DNA from: Dudresnaya verticillata | Taxonomy: Eukaryota | Direction of reading: 5' to 3' | DNA length: 64,000 nucleotides | Assembly (NCBI GenBank): GCA_977862235.1 | Contig: OZ374565.1 | Span: 2,108,001-2,172,000, forward strand | In this document: in pieces, positions 1-12,331 of the stretch | Numbering within the stretch: position 1 is the first letter of the stretch | How the letters are laid out: each line of letters opens with the position of its first letter | Position numbers and translations under genes: made by a program | The notes under the pieces: model-generated | What the model was told of the DNA's origin: nothing | The model's input: the letters and a program-made list of their open reading frames with translations, nothing else | Databases searched by the model: none

Positions 1-420
1 ATGAAGGCAAAGCGTCAATTCGTCATGTATACACGCGACGAGCCAGTTGCGGGAAAGTAGAGGTCTGTCGTGCAAGGTGAGCCTCTCCCGAGAGGTACTC
101 CCGACGTGTCCCATTCGCTCTTCCGGAGGTGAGGAAATGTTTCATGTCCTACAGCAAGGGGCGTGTCATGTTCGAGCTTTGATATATGGTTTCTCTCATT
201 TGGCGCGCGTATTTGGATGGCGCAGTTGGCTGCCATCCAAAATGCCACTGCTGGCAACAGGATGTGTTGCAGGCTTATTGCAAATTCGTGACGAAGCTGC
301 TAGCAACTCTGATAGTCTACGCGAAGCTACGCGGTAATGAGTTGTCGTGAGATAGGATAAACTTTACGAGATTGCTCAATTTGTTCATAAATACCCATAT
401 TCTGAGACCCTCTGCTTCCA

Positions 421-447
421 CCCCCCCCCCCCCCCCCCCCCCCCCCC
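421..447. repeat. Poly(C) homopolymer (27 nt)
   Basis: Uninterrupted C run. Confidence 0.95.
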
Positions 448-821
448 ATTAATGTCCAGACGGGCAGCAAAATAGGAATGTCACATGGTAAAGCACATGT
501 ACCATTCGGATGCTTGCTTCTTCGGATAACGCGTTTTTCCCGCTCCTTTCCCTTTTGCACTCGAGACCGTAGTGGGTTATGTCCTTTCCCGGTACTGTTT
601 CTTAGCTTGGCGAGTGTGTCTCTTTGTAGAACATTCCAAGCTCGTTTTTGTTCCGGGATTACAGAACACCACATCGGTATAATCCAAGGTTAGTATTTTA
701 CCAGTCCGTAACAATCACGAACGTCCGGCACCAATGATTAATGTAATGTGTAGATACCTACTGAAGGTAGGATCTTAAGCAGGGAGCATCTCAGAACTAC
801 ATCAAGCAAAGCCACAAGGAA

Positions 822-895
822 GCGGCAATGGCTAAGTGGTTTCTTTTTGCTTAGTCCACCATGGAGGTCCTGGGATCGAGTCCTGCGGGTGCGTG
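822..895 (+). mobile_element. tRNA-derived Pol III head (SINE-like or tRNA pseudogene)
   Basis: A-box TGGCTAAGTGG (829-839) and B-box GGATCGAGTCC (873-883) at tRNA-like spacing; no convincing cloverleaf. Confidence 0.5.
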
Positions 896-1780
896 CTCGC
901 GCGATGCTGGAGACCAGTCTACAAATGAAGACGATGATGAAAATTAAATATTTAACAACAGTGACAGAAGCCGTAGATCAATCTGGATAACAAAGCATGT
1001 GGACACCAACCAGCTTGCTCGACACGGTGGAGCTGCCTGTGACATTCAAACTGTGTAGGCAGCAAATCAGCAGGAAATCAAAGCTTAGAATCGACTAGAT
1101 AGGGACTTTGTGCATCAATGCACGTGATACCTTCGATTGCTACCATGTCAATAATGATGTGTGCCCTGCATGCTAAACATTGCCTACATGGAAAGTTTCT
1201 CGCCTTCCGCTCTTAATACGGCCTTGTAAAAACTTTTAGCGCCTCTTTCGCCCTTCAATATGTGGTGTTTTGTGTAGATAGATAGATAGATAGAACCGTC
1301 GAAATCTTTCGCCATCACGTCCTGAGTAGTTCTGGTTAAACTCACAAATGGCGGTTTATTTCGGTATTTTGCGTAAAGGTCGATATCACCAGAATTGCTA
1401 AAGAAGGACTGTCAATCATCAGCCCTCAACTACAAGCGCATAACTAAACTAAATTCGTTCTTACAACCACTTGCGGGACTTTGGCAGCATTCCGAAGCTA
1501 ACTTAGCCCCCAAAAATGAACCTACTATTAACGAGATGATCACTTCTGTTCCAATTGTTTGCTTCTATCTATCCAGAGCCATCCCATCGGTGCAAACTAC
1601 CCAAGGATGTGATGCAAGTATATTAATCGCAACATGAAGCATCGAAGGATTCCTTCTCACCTCGTTTCATCTCCGCAACGGGATGTTTTTGCTTGAGTTC
1701 TCAGCATCTTGACCGCCTATACCTAAGCCTCCCGTTGCAGTATTTTTTGAACATGTACGTACCATCAGTCATAAGAAACC

Positions 1781-1968
1781 CGGTACAGCATTTACGGCAC
1801 CTGTAGTTGTGATAACGAGTTCTGCAGCAGGCTTTGTGTGCACCACCAGTCGTTTTAACTCCGTTGTAGCATTTACGGAACCTGTAGTCATAGGAGTGAG
1901 TTCCGTAACAGGCTTTCTATGCCACACCAGCTAAAATAACTCCGGTACAGTATTTGTATATCCTGTGG
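1781..1968. repeat. Degenerate tandem repeat, 81-bp period, about 2.3 units
   Basis: ATTTACGG..CCTGTAGT at 1790 and 1871, ATTTG..CCTGTGG at 1952; CAGGCTTT, CACCAG and TAACTCCG recur at 81-bp offsets. Confidence 0.8.
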
Positions 1969-3182
1969 TTTTATCTTAAGCACGATCTCGCCGATACGGA
2001 GCTTGTTACGAGGAGAAGAGCGAATACACAGCGAATAATTTGGACAGACCGAATGATGAACGTCCGTGAAGCCCTTGAATTTTCTTTGTCTTAGTAATGG
2101 CAGATGATCAACAAAGCAATGCTTTGAGGCTTATTCCGATGCTGAGGTGGATCGATCGCTCGATGTATTCCTTCATTGCGTGTTTTATACTGCTCCGACG
2201 GCTCCTTGAGTTCAAAAACACATTGTTGTGATCGCTTATTTTGTTGAGAGAAACAGAAGGTAGCAATCATGTAGCGATCTCGCAAATGTGTTATGTACTG
2301 TGCAGGTCATTGTGAAAAGTCTCCCAACGACCCTAGCAGAGGTGGAGGAAAGATTGGTACTGTTAATGACCAAGATGTGCCGATTGAAATAAACACTGTT
2401 CGTCGCGCAAGCGCGTTCTGCAATTCGAAAAGGTAGTCCTTTCCACTGGTGTGCAGAGTGAAATACATCTACCATACCGCTTGCGGGGGACACACTTTGG
2501 GTAGTAGCGCGGTCACTATTGCAAATATTAAGAAGCAGACGTGGCTGCACCAGCTATCGTTGAGTCCCTCTATTTCCTTCTATGTCCTGGGGTTGCCATA
2601 CCTCGAAGGAAGTGAAGTACTGGAGAATGATTTCGTCGAGAGCCGAGATTAAAGGAGAAGCTCAATGCAACATGTCGTGGGTATTACGCCAAGGACGTGC
2701 AGCTGTACTTCTGCGTATAACAACTGTTCTATCCCTTCAGCCTGGTAGCAAGATATGTGGATATCGCAAGGGGAATGACTGCCGGTGAGCAAACAGACAA
2801 GCACGGACAGACAAGCGGAACAGACCTTGTAGACAACAACACGGACTCATGTTCAACGCAGCAGAAACGATTATTACCTTCAACAAAGCGACTGCGTCCA
2901 TACTGCAAGAGTCTTATGCTCTCACCGCTCCGTAAGTTCGCTGCGCAGGCTGCGCAGCGATGCACAACAGGCACCCGCACAATAGAACATATTCACTATA
3001 TTCACTATCTCTGGTGGTGGCTATGAGGTGAGAAGATCTCTTTGTAGGCACCAACCGACCACATACAATACAGTACGCACATACATATATGTATTCGTGT
3101 ATGTACATGCTAAGCGTCCCCGGCCGTAATTCGAGCGTTCAGCTCGGCACTTCCTCGCGACAGAAAGTTGGGCGTGCCAGGC

Positions 3183-3256
3183 GACTTCATTTTAGGTCCG
3201 ACATGTTACAAAGACTCCATCCCATGTTACAAACATGTCGGACCTAAACTGAAGTC
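3183..3256. repeat. Inverted repeat, 25-bp arms (1 mismatch), 24-bp spacer
   Basis: GACTTCATTTTAGGTCCGACATGTT ... AACATGTCGGACCTAAACTGAAGTC. Confidence 0.9.
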
Positions 3257-4657
3257 AACATGACCTGGCCTATTGTTGGTGATGTCACCAACACAAATCC
3301 ATCGTGCAGCAATGTTATAGTTTCGAGCATCGACGCCCATTCAACAAACTGTTTCGCCACGGCACCAGTTAAACTTGCAAAACACTTCAACGCGTGCTGC
3401 AACTACTGTACGACACTACACCCCTCGCTGCCCGAGGAAGAGCAAATACTTGTAGATACATTGTATATTGCATATCAGAAAGAAGCGAGGCGCCTACAGC
3501 GCTACGCACATATACTACATCATCTTTGAAGGTAAGCTTTTGCTACGGTTTACTAGATACGCAGGCAGCATTCGTGTTCCAATGTCAACTGGTCTATGCA
3601 AAACAACTACGGCAACAACGCCAGCAGACGATGCATTGTCTCCTGCTGCTTCATCCGCACCAGTGTCACCAGCATCTGTACATCGCCTATCTTCGCATGG
3701 CCGCTAAACATATCAACGTGACTTTCAGCACTCTAGTCCCAGATTGACAACATTAATTATTCATTGTACGATACTCGCTTCTAGAGATGCTCACACTATT
3801 CATGCACACCCACGCTTACAGACTGACTGTATGTTCAGCACATCCGCACATGGTGAGTTTCCACAAAATCATTCCTTCACGTCATGACCAGAGCCTCACA
3901 CAATTAATAATGGCACTGGAATCCCTTTGTTAGAAAGTAGGATGAATCGTGAATTGATGTTGGCTATGCTACACAGCTATGGATGTTGGACAAGGTGGTC
4001 GAGCTGGAAATGAATTTACTCATGACATGGCGGGCGACAGATGACATATACGACGCTTTACTGACGAGCTAGCATTTACTATTTGCATTTAGAGGGGACC
4101 GTTGTATTTGAGACAACGACGTAGATTGGAAGAGCACCAGCGAGTTGACAGCATAAATAGGGCCGAAGGTGGGAGCTCTAGTAAAAAAAGGCATCCGTAC
4201 TGAAGAACGAACAGGTCCGCGAGCCAACTCGCGAGAGACAGTACAACGCAGAAGAACCGGTATTACACCTTCATGATAGTCAGGTTTTCTGGTATACAGG
4301 GTCGAGCGGCTCGAAGCTAAGCAGCTATGGTGCAGTCGTGAGTAGATCGTCGTACCCAATGGTTGTAGCTTCAGTAAAGTTCCAAGTCAAACAGTTCGAG
4401 ATTATTGCGTCTAGTGCGCAGTATAATCGTAGATCTTGGTACGTTCTTGGTACCGAGCAGTAATTTTCGTCTGCCCCTTAGTTTCTTATATACTGTGTAT
4501 CGCAGTTATATATGCAATATTAACTTCTTGCATTACTATATAGTTGTTGGTCATACCAGAACATCTAGCCGATCTCATACCGAGAACGGTTGATTGCACT
4601 ACTAGAGTAGCCTACAGCTGTATGTGTCGGTTAGAACTCCATTTGGGATGTACAATC

Positions 4658-4850
4658 AGAGATGGAGACCTTTATCCATAGGAAAGACTACAGCCCCGTA
4701 AGGGGGCCTATCAAAAACTCATGTGAAAGGCAGCGGTCGAAGAATGAACGGCGGATAACAGCCACCGCAACAGATTGAAGTACAAGAGAGGTGAGGTGGA
4801 TTAGAAGAGAGAGGCAATCAGAAGCACCTGCAGCAATGCAGTTATCTGTG
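4658..4850 (-). mobile_element. 3' fragment of a diverged sister CRE-like LINE
   Basis: Minus strand encodes LTSLVLQSVAVAVIRR (compare LLSLVLQCVAVSVNRR) followed by hairpin GGCCCCCTTACGGGGCT and ATAAAGGTCTC, as at the 3' end of the full element. Confidence 0.7.
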
Positions 4851-4914
4851 ATACATATCCCTATCATTCCAGTAAAATACTACCTCATTTCAGAGCTCAT
4901 CTCTCTTATTCTCA

Positions 4915-5196
4915 AAAAGAGAGAGACCTTTATTAAAGAACAAGAGAGAAGCCCCTTAAGGGGGCTTAGGATGCAGAGCTACCGTAAAGAGGCGGAGGAA
5001 CGAGCTTGCGGCGGTTGACACTCACCGCGACGCATTGGAGAACTAAAGAGAGTAAACGAGTAGTGAGGCGAAGTTTCTCCATAGACGGAGAGGTCCCGCG
5101 CTTGCTGGCAACGAAATTAGCAATACGTTGGGAGCCAATTTCAAAGCCAGATCCAACACGGCCATAGACATCTACAACCATAGGATGGAAACCCAT
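4915..5196 (-). mobile_element. 5'-truncated copy (last ~280 bp) of the CRE-like LINE
   Basis: Reverse complement of ~10450-10733 with about a dozen differences. Confidence 0.92.
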
Positions 5197-6454
5197 AGTT
5201 TGAATTGCTAATATTCACTTTTGCTCTTATGCTTCTCCGAGGGGTGACTGACTACTTCTGCTCCGTAGCAAATTTGCGATTTTGCAGGTTTTGTGCATCC
5301 TGCTTTGAGGACGTCAAGCAGTTTAACGCTGCTTTCAACATTAACACAATATCCTCTTCTGCCCGCTGTCGAAAGCGTAATGTCCCCTAGGTTTACTCCG
5401 CATTGACTGCGGACTCAAGATCCTCTGTAATGGTAAGCCCGAAGTGGATGAGCTACCACGCGAAAAGAGTTGGTAACAATACTTATAAAATGCGTACAGG
5501 CCTTGGGCCTGTGAAGGGCTTCACTCAGGATCAAGATCTAGGAATGTACACTTCATTTTTGTGGCTACAGGGAGGACAAGTCTGTAATACGCAGATCATC
5601 GTCGAGGCGTGCGCCAAATCATCGGTTGGCAGAAGCGCCGTCCGCGAAGCGCTGGGAGGAAATCGGGTGCGGTCGCGGACGATAAAACAGGATAAATACT
5701 GGCGCTTAGCCGCGCGCCTCTGGTCAGTCGGACACACACACCGACTTAGAAGACCAGAGCGGTAAGGTAGGTTGCTACCGAATCGCTCGCATCTCGCCCA
5801 TCGTATCAATTTCGTGCTCTGCGTTCCGATCCCGCCATCGCGCGCGCTGCTAGCGGTTTCCTGTGATCCTCCACGCACGCGCTCTACTCCATTCGCGTCG
5901 CCACGCTCGTGCCAACCGCCGTACAAATCGCAGTTATTGTTGTGAGAGTCGTAGGGGCGCGCGGGTCGCAACAAGAGCAACCTTGTTTCCGCGACGCGGG
6001 GGGGGTTAGCGAGCGAAGGGGTTAGCGGGGCGGACGGGGATAATGGGGAACAGGGCTCGGGCGGCACACCCTCGCAGTAGCCTGACCACACTCTTAGTGA
6101 TCTCAAGCTGTTTACTGTTCTGACTCGGTCGCCCAGGGGGGGGGGAAGGAGGAGGAAGGCGGTCGCTTTGTAACTTTCCATCCCATCCTTAGATTCTTTC
6201 TACAGCTTGCGTTTTCTGCTCCTTCGGGAACCCAAGGCTTGTTTCCCTCGCTGTTTGTCTCTACTTCTTCCCCTCCTTCTAGCGCGACTGTGCGGAGCTC
6301 TGCAACTGCGGCTCTGCCGTATTTGCGCCGGCAGCTCGTGGGGGGTTTCTTCGCCTTTCGTGGTGTTTCCGTCTCTCGTTTTCCCCTTGACCCTGTTTGT
6401 TTCCACTCGTTCTTGCCACTGTCGTTAACCCCCTGTCGTGTCATCTTGTTCGTC

Positions 6455-7243
6455 ATGCCTTCAGCCAATCATACTCGTCGTTCGCTCCAAAATGTCCAAC
6501 AAGAAGCTTTCGTCTCTCTCACGCATTCCACCGTCGATTGTATTGCACTATCGGCCTCTTTATTGGATCCCGTGGTCGATCTCTGAAATGAAAATGCCTT
6601 AGACACCTTCCTTCTCCAGATCTCTGAACTACCGCGCGTTAAGGCTCTTATCTCGACATTTCAACACAATCTGCACTTTAAATCTCTTCTTCGTGTCTTT
6701 CTAAACCTGTCTGGACCTGTCCCGGCTTCTACTGCTGGTCCGGCTGTGTAAAATGCAGTCCCTCCGTCCACCCCTGTTGAAGCCTGTGTGCCGCGTTTTG
6801 CACCGGTTCCTGACTCTGAACCCGGAAGTTCTGCTTCCAAATCGTATCTTAATGCTGTTCGGGCGACTCAGAAGCCTACGCCCGTAGGGCGCGGCGCGTG
6901 CCCCTCCTCGGTCGGAACGGGCTCGATCTACAGTGTATCCCACCTCACGCGGCTTTTACGCATAAGTTCGCGGGAAATGTTCGTCGTACTAATCGGCGTC
7001 TATTCGGGGGAAATGAAAAACGTGTTGTTCGCGTTTCGACTGCGCAAGAGACCGATATCATCGAACACCCTGCTGAATTCCGCCGAGCTATACATCAAGG
7101 TGGATTTCCTGGCCCCTGCTCCAACCTTCGCACTACGGATCCTGTCGTTTTTTATTTCGTCGCTGCAGCTCGTGATCTTGAGTCACTGCAGCCAGCATAT
7201 AAGGCATTCACGGATCCTGCGAAACATGCTGACAACTCTATAG
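6455..7243 (+). pseudogene. Disrupted N-terminal/ORF1 region of the CRE-like element
   Basis: Frame from ATG ~6455 (MPSANHTRR) continues through in-frame stops and an apparent frameshift; same pyrimidine-rich strand bias as the RT ORF. Confidence 0.4.
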
Positions 7244-7367
7244 TACCGACTTCGGAATTCTCTGCAATCACCGACCTTCACACCTCCTTAACTACTGTCG
7301 ATGCAGTTAACTCTGATTTCCTTCCGTTGCAAAATGAGATTACGCGCCTGGAGACATCGGCTATTAC

Positions 7368-10300
7368 GTGGGGCCCGCACCGTATTTTTCTGCTGCTCTC
7401 AGCTCCACTCATGCTTTGCTTCAAGAACGTCTTTCTCAGTGGGGTCATGATACACATCCGTTGCCTCAACCCCCTGCAGACTACCCGAATATTGGTGCGA
7501 AGCGCCGCAGGGTATATCGTCGCCTTTCTTCTCCTGATGCCGACGGTTTCGTCCGTGTTCTCCCTCGAAATGTTTCTGATGAATCCTCGCCTTCCTCGGA
7601 TGCGTTACCCGCATCCACTGATCTCGGTGTGCACACTCGGACAACAATCGACAGACATCGCAATGATTCCCAACGCATAATGTCAAATGCACCACTTCAG
7701 TTTGACCCTTGTCCTCGACCACAACTCCTCTTCCCTTTACCGGTCCCCACAATTAAGTTTCTGCCAAATACTCTTCGGGCAGACTGGGACAACCTCCTAT
7801 TTCATTTGTTCTCGTCTTTTGTATCTGCGCATACGCCAAGCGCTCTTGAGGAAAGCCTTTCTCGCATTTTGGCGGTAGGAAAGCTTGTTGTTCGTAAGAA
7901 CGGGGCGGGCGAACCGCGAAATTCGCATCGTCGCACGCTCAGTCGAATGTTGCGCGCACGCATTCGTCTAGCTCTTCTAGGTCGGTGGCATGATCTATGT
8001 GAATCTGCCACTTCTGCTTTCCCATCTCTTCCCACAGCCTCACTTCACATTCCTTCGGATCCGTCCCGGCGCTGCCGTCAACTATGCTCTGATGGAGCTC
8101 TTAGCAAAGCCGCTGCACTCTGCTCTACAACATCTCCGGTACTCCCAAATTCTTCTACCCTCCCTGCCATGGAGGCGCTTCATCCAGCCCCTGTTGAAGC
8201 GGTTCTTCCACATTGCTATTCTTCCCTACCTCCTGCATAAGACTTCCCTGAATGTGATATTCGCCGGGCCTTGCGGTTGCTCCCGTATCATTCCTCCCCA
8301 GGCCCATATGGCCTTCGTCCCAGTCTTCTAAGACTGCTTGCTCACCCACCTGGCGGTACGGAGCCAAGTCGCTCTGCCTTAACTGCTCTCACTGCCTTTG
8401 TGAACAAATGCGCTGCTGGCCGTCTGCCATCTTCGTTCAGCCCGTGGTTTGCTAGCGCCCTCCTGATTGGTATTCCAAAGTCAAAACCAGGATCCCTACG
8501 TCCCATAGCTATGGGTTGCATTATTCGGCGTTTTGTGTGCCGTCTTCTTGCTCAACGTGCATCCAAGGATCCTGCTGTGATATCGTATCTACGTCCTTTT
8601 CAACTCGCTGTTGGTACCCCAAATGGAGCCGAGGCCATCATTCATTCCCTACGAGCCTTTATTGCATCTCATCGTACTGAATCCCTCATTTTGCTCCGCA
8701 TCGATGCTAAGAATGCCTTTAATAGCATTGAGCAAGCTCATTTCTTACGGGAGGTTATTTCGCATGTTCCAGGAATTTCTAAGATGGTTCATTACCTCTA
8801 TACTGCATCACCTAGACTTCTGTTCGGAGAGTTCACCCTGTTCAGCCATACAGGTACCCAGCAGGGTGACCCGTTGAGCATGCTTCTTTTTTGTATTGCT
8901 CTACAACCGCTTCTTTGTGCCGTTGCCTCCAGATTTAGCAGCATTAAGTTTATTACGGCTTATGCCGACGATTTGTATATCGTGCTTCCCATTTCGTCTG
9001 CTGCAGAAGTCCTACATTTTCTCTCCGATCGAGGTTCTTCTTATGGTTTTCATATGCAGCTTGGTTCCCATAAGTCTGACGCGTGGTGGCCTCTTCTGCC
9101 TCGCCTGCGCTCTTCCCCTCTTCGTAATTTACCATGCGATGTTAACCGAAATGCTGCCATTGAGGTTCTAGGTTCCCCTATTGAGGCTGACAATGCCTGT
9201 AAGGCTATCTTGACGAAGAAACTAGAGTCCGTGGCTCTACTCTGGGATCGTTTACTTTCTCTCGGTGACCCTCAACTTGTGTTTCACCTTCTACGCTTCT
9301 GTGCTGGTGTATCAAAACTATCCTACCTGCTTCGAACTACCCCTCCGCACTTAGCCTCTTCCATTGCCGTGTCCCACGACCTTGGAATGCGACGGGTGTT
9401 TGAAGAAACTCATTGTCTCTTAACCGATTCGATTTGGAGGCTCAGTTCTCTACCGCTGCGATCTGGTGGCCTAGGACTGACTAGAGCTTCTGCTGTGGTG
9501 GATCTCAGCTATCTAGCGTCTCTCGGTTCAAGTATGTCTACCATCCGGACAGTTCTTGGTCCTTTTCCCTTCCCTGCTGACAACACCCTTGGCCCTTCCC
9601 TAGGCCGTCTACGCTCTTCTGTTGGCAAAAATTGTCAAGCCCGACTTAATGATGTAACCACGTTCTTGAATTCTTTCCATGCTACTCCTCATGACTCAAG
9701 GTCTCCCGGGTCTGTGCATCATGAGCTTTTTTCTTCTATTAATGCTGTGGTTTTGGCCTCTGTGACCCCGTCATCCAACTCTAGTGATGATCTTCGCTGT
9801 CGTCTTCGTCTGCAATCTACCTGCACGGCCAGTTCTGCGCGCGCATTTGCCGTTGTACCTTCCTCCTTCCACGGTACTCGGGTCGAACCTAAAGTTTGGA
9901 TATCGATGATCCAGCTACGACTTGGACTTCCCATCTTCAGTGGAGATGACCCATGCCCCCGTTTTGTTGATGGTACCGCTTCTGTTCCCCCTCTTCTTGA
10001 TGTTTATGGGCATCATGCTACGGTCTGCTCTTCTCGTGAGGGCACGATTCGCCGTCATGATCATCTTCGGGATCGCTTAAGCGTCTTATTTCAGACTATC
10101 GCCCGCCCCCATGGCGTGCGCGTTGAAGTTGAACATCGTTTCACTTATTCGGATGAGAATGTGCCCCGTAGCTCTGTCCCCAACGCTGCCCGAACACATG
10201 CTGAACGCATACGTGACGAGCGTCATGCTGCTTCTGGTGGTCCCCCACAGCCTGTTGATCCACGTGACCAACTGCGTATGGATATTTTCGTTGATGATCG

Positions 10301-10681
10301 TGGCTTTGCCCCTCACCCCCATGGATTTGATGTCTCGGTCGTAGTCCCCATTCTATTCATGGTTCCACTGGTCGCGTTGCTGGTCAAGCCATTGCAGCTC
10401 GCGAACGTGTCAAACGCTCTCATTACCGCCGCGTATGCGCTAGTTTGGATATGGTTCTCCATCCTATGGTTGTAGATGTCTATGGCAGTGTTGGATCTGG
10501 CTTTGAAGTTGGCGCCCAACGTATTGCTAATTTCATTGCCAGCAAGCGCGGGACCTCTCCGTCTACGGAGAAACTTCGCCTCACTACTCGTTTACTCTCT
10601 TTAGTTCTCCAATGCGTCGCGGTGAGTGTCAACCGCCGCAAGCTTGCTCCTCCGCCTCTTTATGGTAGCTCTGAATCCTAA
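7368..10681 (+). pseudogene. Reverse transcriptase-RLE polyprotein, interrupted
   Basis: ORFs 7368-8240 and 8271-10475 are in one frame, split by TAA at 8238; a frameshift near 10345 moves the endonuclease tail into the 10445-10681 frame. Confidence 0.88.
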
Positions 10682-11060
10682 GCCCCCTTAAGGGGCTTCT
10701 CTCTTGTTCTTTAATAAGGGTCTCCTCTCTCTTTGTATTACGTGCGCCGCCGGTAATTGCGTGAGCCCGTCTGGGTTCGCGCGAAGATGCAAAATACAAA
10801 TCAAATTTGCCAGCTTTTTCCGCGCATCCTCCAGCGGCGTAACACTCCCTCCATTCCTTAAACCGGCGGTGCACGGCGATCGTACACCAGAACGCGCAAC
10901 GTATAATCGTCGTGCCCCCTAGGGTCAGTGCCCTGCTTCCGACCGCACCCGGAATTCGCGCGCACACACATAGCAGCCCTGCAGCTCCTCCGTGCACATT
11001 GTGCTTCGCACCGCTACTTCGCGTACACCACGACGCGCCGCACGTGCATCGCGCCCAACC

Positions 11061-12331
11061 GTTGGGTATTCTCTCCCAAAAACCAAGGATGACGGCACAA
11101 GCCCTTCCGGGCCTAAGGTATCGTTCATGGCTTTGACCGCAGCCTGGAGCGCTAGGTTGCGGTCCGCTTGCGGTTGGTCGACCATAATTTTTCTGAACAT
11201 CGTACGGAGGGGTTGATGGTACCTTTCCGCCAGGCCAAGGCTGGAGTGAGCCTCGACGCCGGTGTGGTCAACCTTAACACTCGAAATAGCATCCATGTCA
11301 ACGAACGTATTTGCGAAAGCACTTCCTTGATCCACAAGCATGCGGTTTGGTAATCCTGTGTAGATGGTTGCCCAGCAGGTCAGTAAAGTTTCCCAGATGG
11401 TTTTGGTCGAAACATCAGGTAGGAAGCGATCTGCACCAAAGCGGGTACCTTCATCAATGATATGAAGTACCGGTTTTCCTTCCAAGTACATGACATCGAT
11501 GAATATTCGCTCATTGAACCTGAATTTCTCAGCCCCTAACGTCGCCTTGAAACGCACAGGAGCGTTCTGAATACGTTGGCATGGACCGCACCTCTTTCCC
11601 AAGTCTTCGAGGATCTTGAGGGCTTCAGGTGTTACGTGTTCTGGTCTCGCCTTACGTAGTAACTTGAACAACTTATCGGCAGATGGGTGATAAAACTGAC
11701 AATGCCAGCGTTGGATTTGTGCTCGGGTGAAGTGAACTCGCGTGCTGCTGTCGATGGGAGCGTATATGTGCCTGCTCGGTGATCTTTCTAAAGGGACAGA
11801 CCACTCATCCACGTACGCTGTCTTTCCTTGTGCTATCTCTACCTCGACACGCTTCGATAGTCTGTTGCAAAGCATGTCCACGAGTAATTGTTCCCTGTCT
11901 AGGACATGCATACCGATCAAGGCAGGGATGTCTGCCTCCACTACATCGAGCTCGATTTCGACTCTAGGAACACTCGGTGGCGTTAGAAGTGGTAACGAGA
12001 CCTTGCCAAGCGAACTGTAGCATTTTTCTGCAAAACAAAACCGGGTCTTCGAGCGATGAGACTTCCACTTGTGGATTCCCAGAGCATTCATGATCTTATT
12101 GAGTTGTTTCCTTCCAACTACAGATCTTGGTGCTCCTGTATCCAGGCAAAACCCAAGGAGCCGGTGTTTTGTCGTGCCTGACATTTGAGCAACATGTATG
12201 TCTGAGCAGTCAACAGGAGCGGGAACGGAAATCTTTCCTTCCAATTTGCGCCTCGGACAGGTGGTGCGATGTGCATTCACCTGACGCTTAGTGCGAAGAG
12301 TCTGAGGCATGGAGCCTCGTCGCTTTAGCAA
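11061..12331 (-). pseudogene. pol: Aspartic protease + integrase (truncated pol)
   Basis: LDTGA protease; H..H..CGPC zinc domain; IDVMY/IDEGTR, VDQGS, AERYH core; homology ends at PSSLVFG.EYP. Confidence 0.85.

Larger units (their letters stand above)
6190..10733 (+). mobile_element. Non-LTR retrotransposon, CRE-like clade (RT + restriction-like endonuclease), degenerate; 5' end approximate
   Basis: RT motifs LRPIAMG, DAKNAFNSI, GTQQGDPLS, YADD; LPLRSGGLG; Zn-knuckle/RHD (HATVC..RRHD); RMD..FDVSV and RERVKRSHY endonuclease motifs; 3' hairpin and TC-rich tail. Confidence 0.88.

Noticed and set aside
822..895. Functional tRNA gene
   Set aside because: A and B boxes are present, but acceptor and anticodon stems do not pair and an internal T5 would terminate Pol III.
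1781..1968. CRISPR-like array (also considered for 58412-58603)
   Set aside because: Whole units are similar, with no constant repeat and unique spacer pattern; eukaryotic context with no cas genes.
15..4600. Short ORFs in the first 4.6 kb as genes
   Set aside because: No recognisable motifs, and lengths are compatible with chance. Spliced or degenerate genes cannot be excluded.
4915..10733. 280-bp inverted repeats as TIRs or inverted LTRs of one RT element (DIRS/Penelope-like)
   Set aside because: The left copy is a diverged, 5'-truncated coding 3' end about 1 kb from the element start. The RT is CRE-type with no tyrosine recombinase or GIY-YIG domain, and a third such end lies at 4658.
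10734..11053. 3' LTR of the Copia-type element
   Set aside because: No similarity to 14059-14149 and no PPT; origin unassigned.
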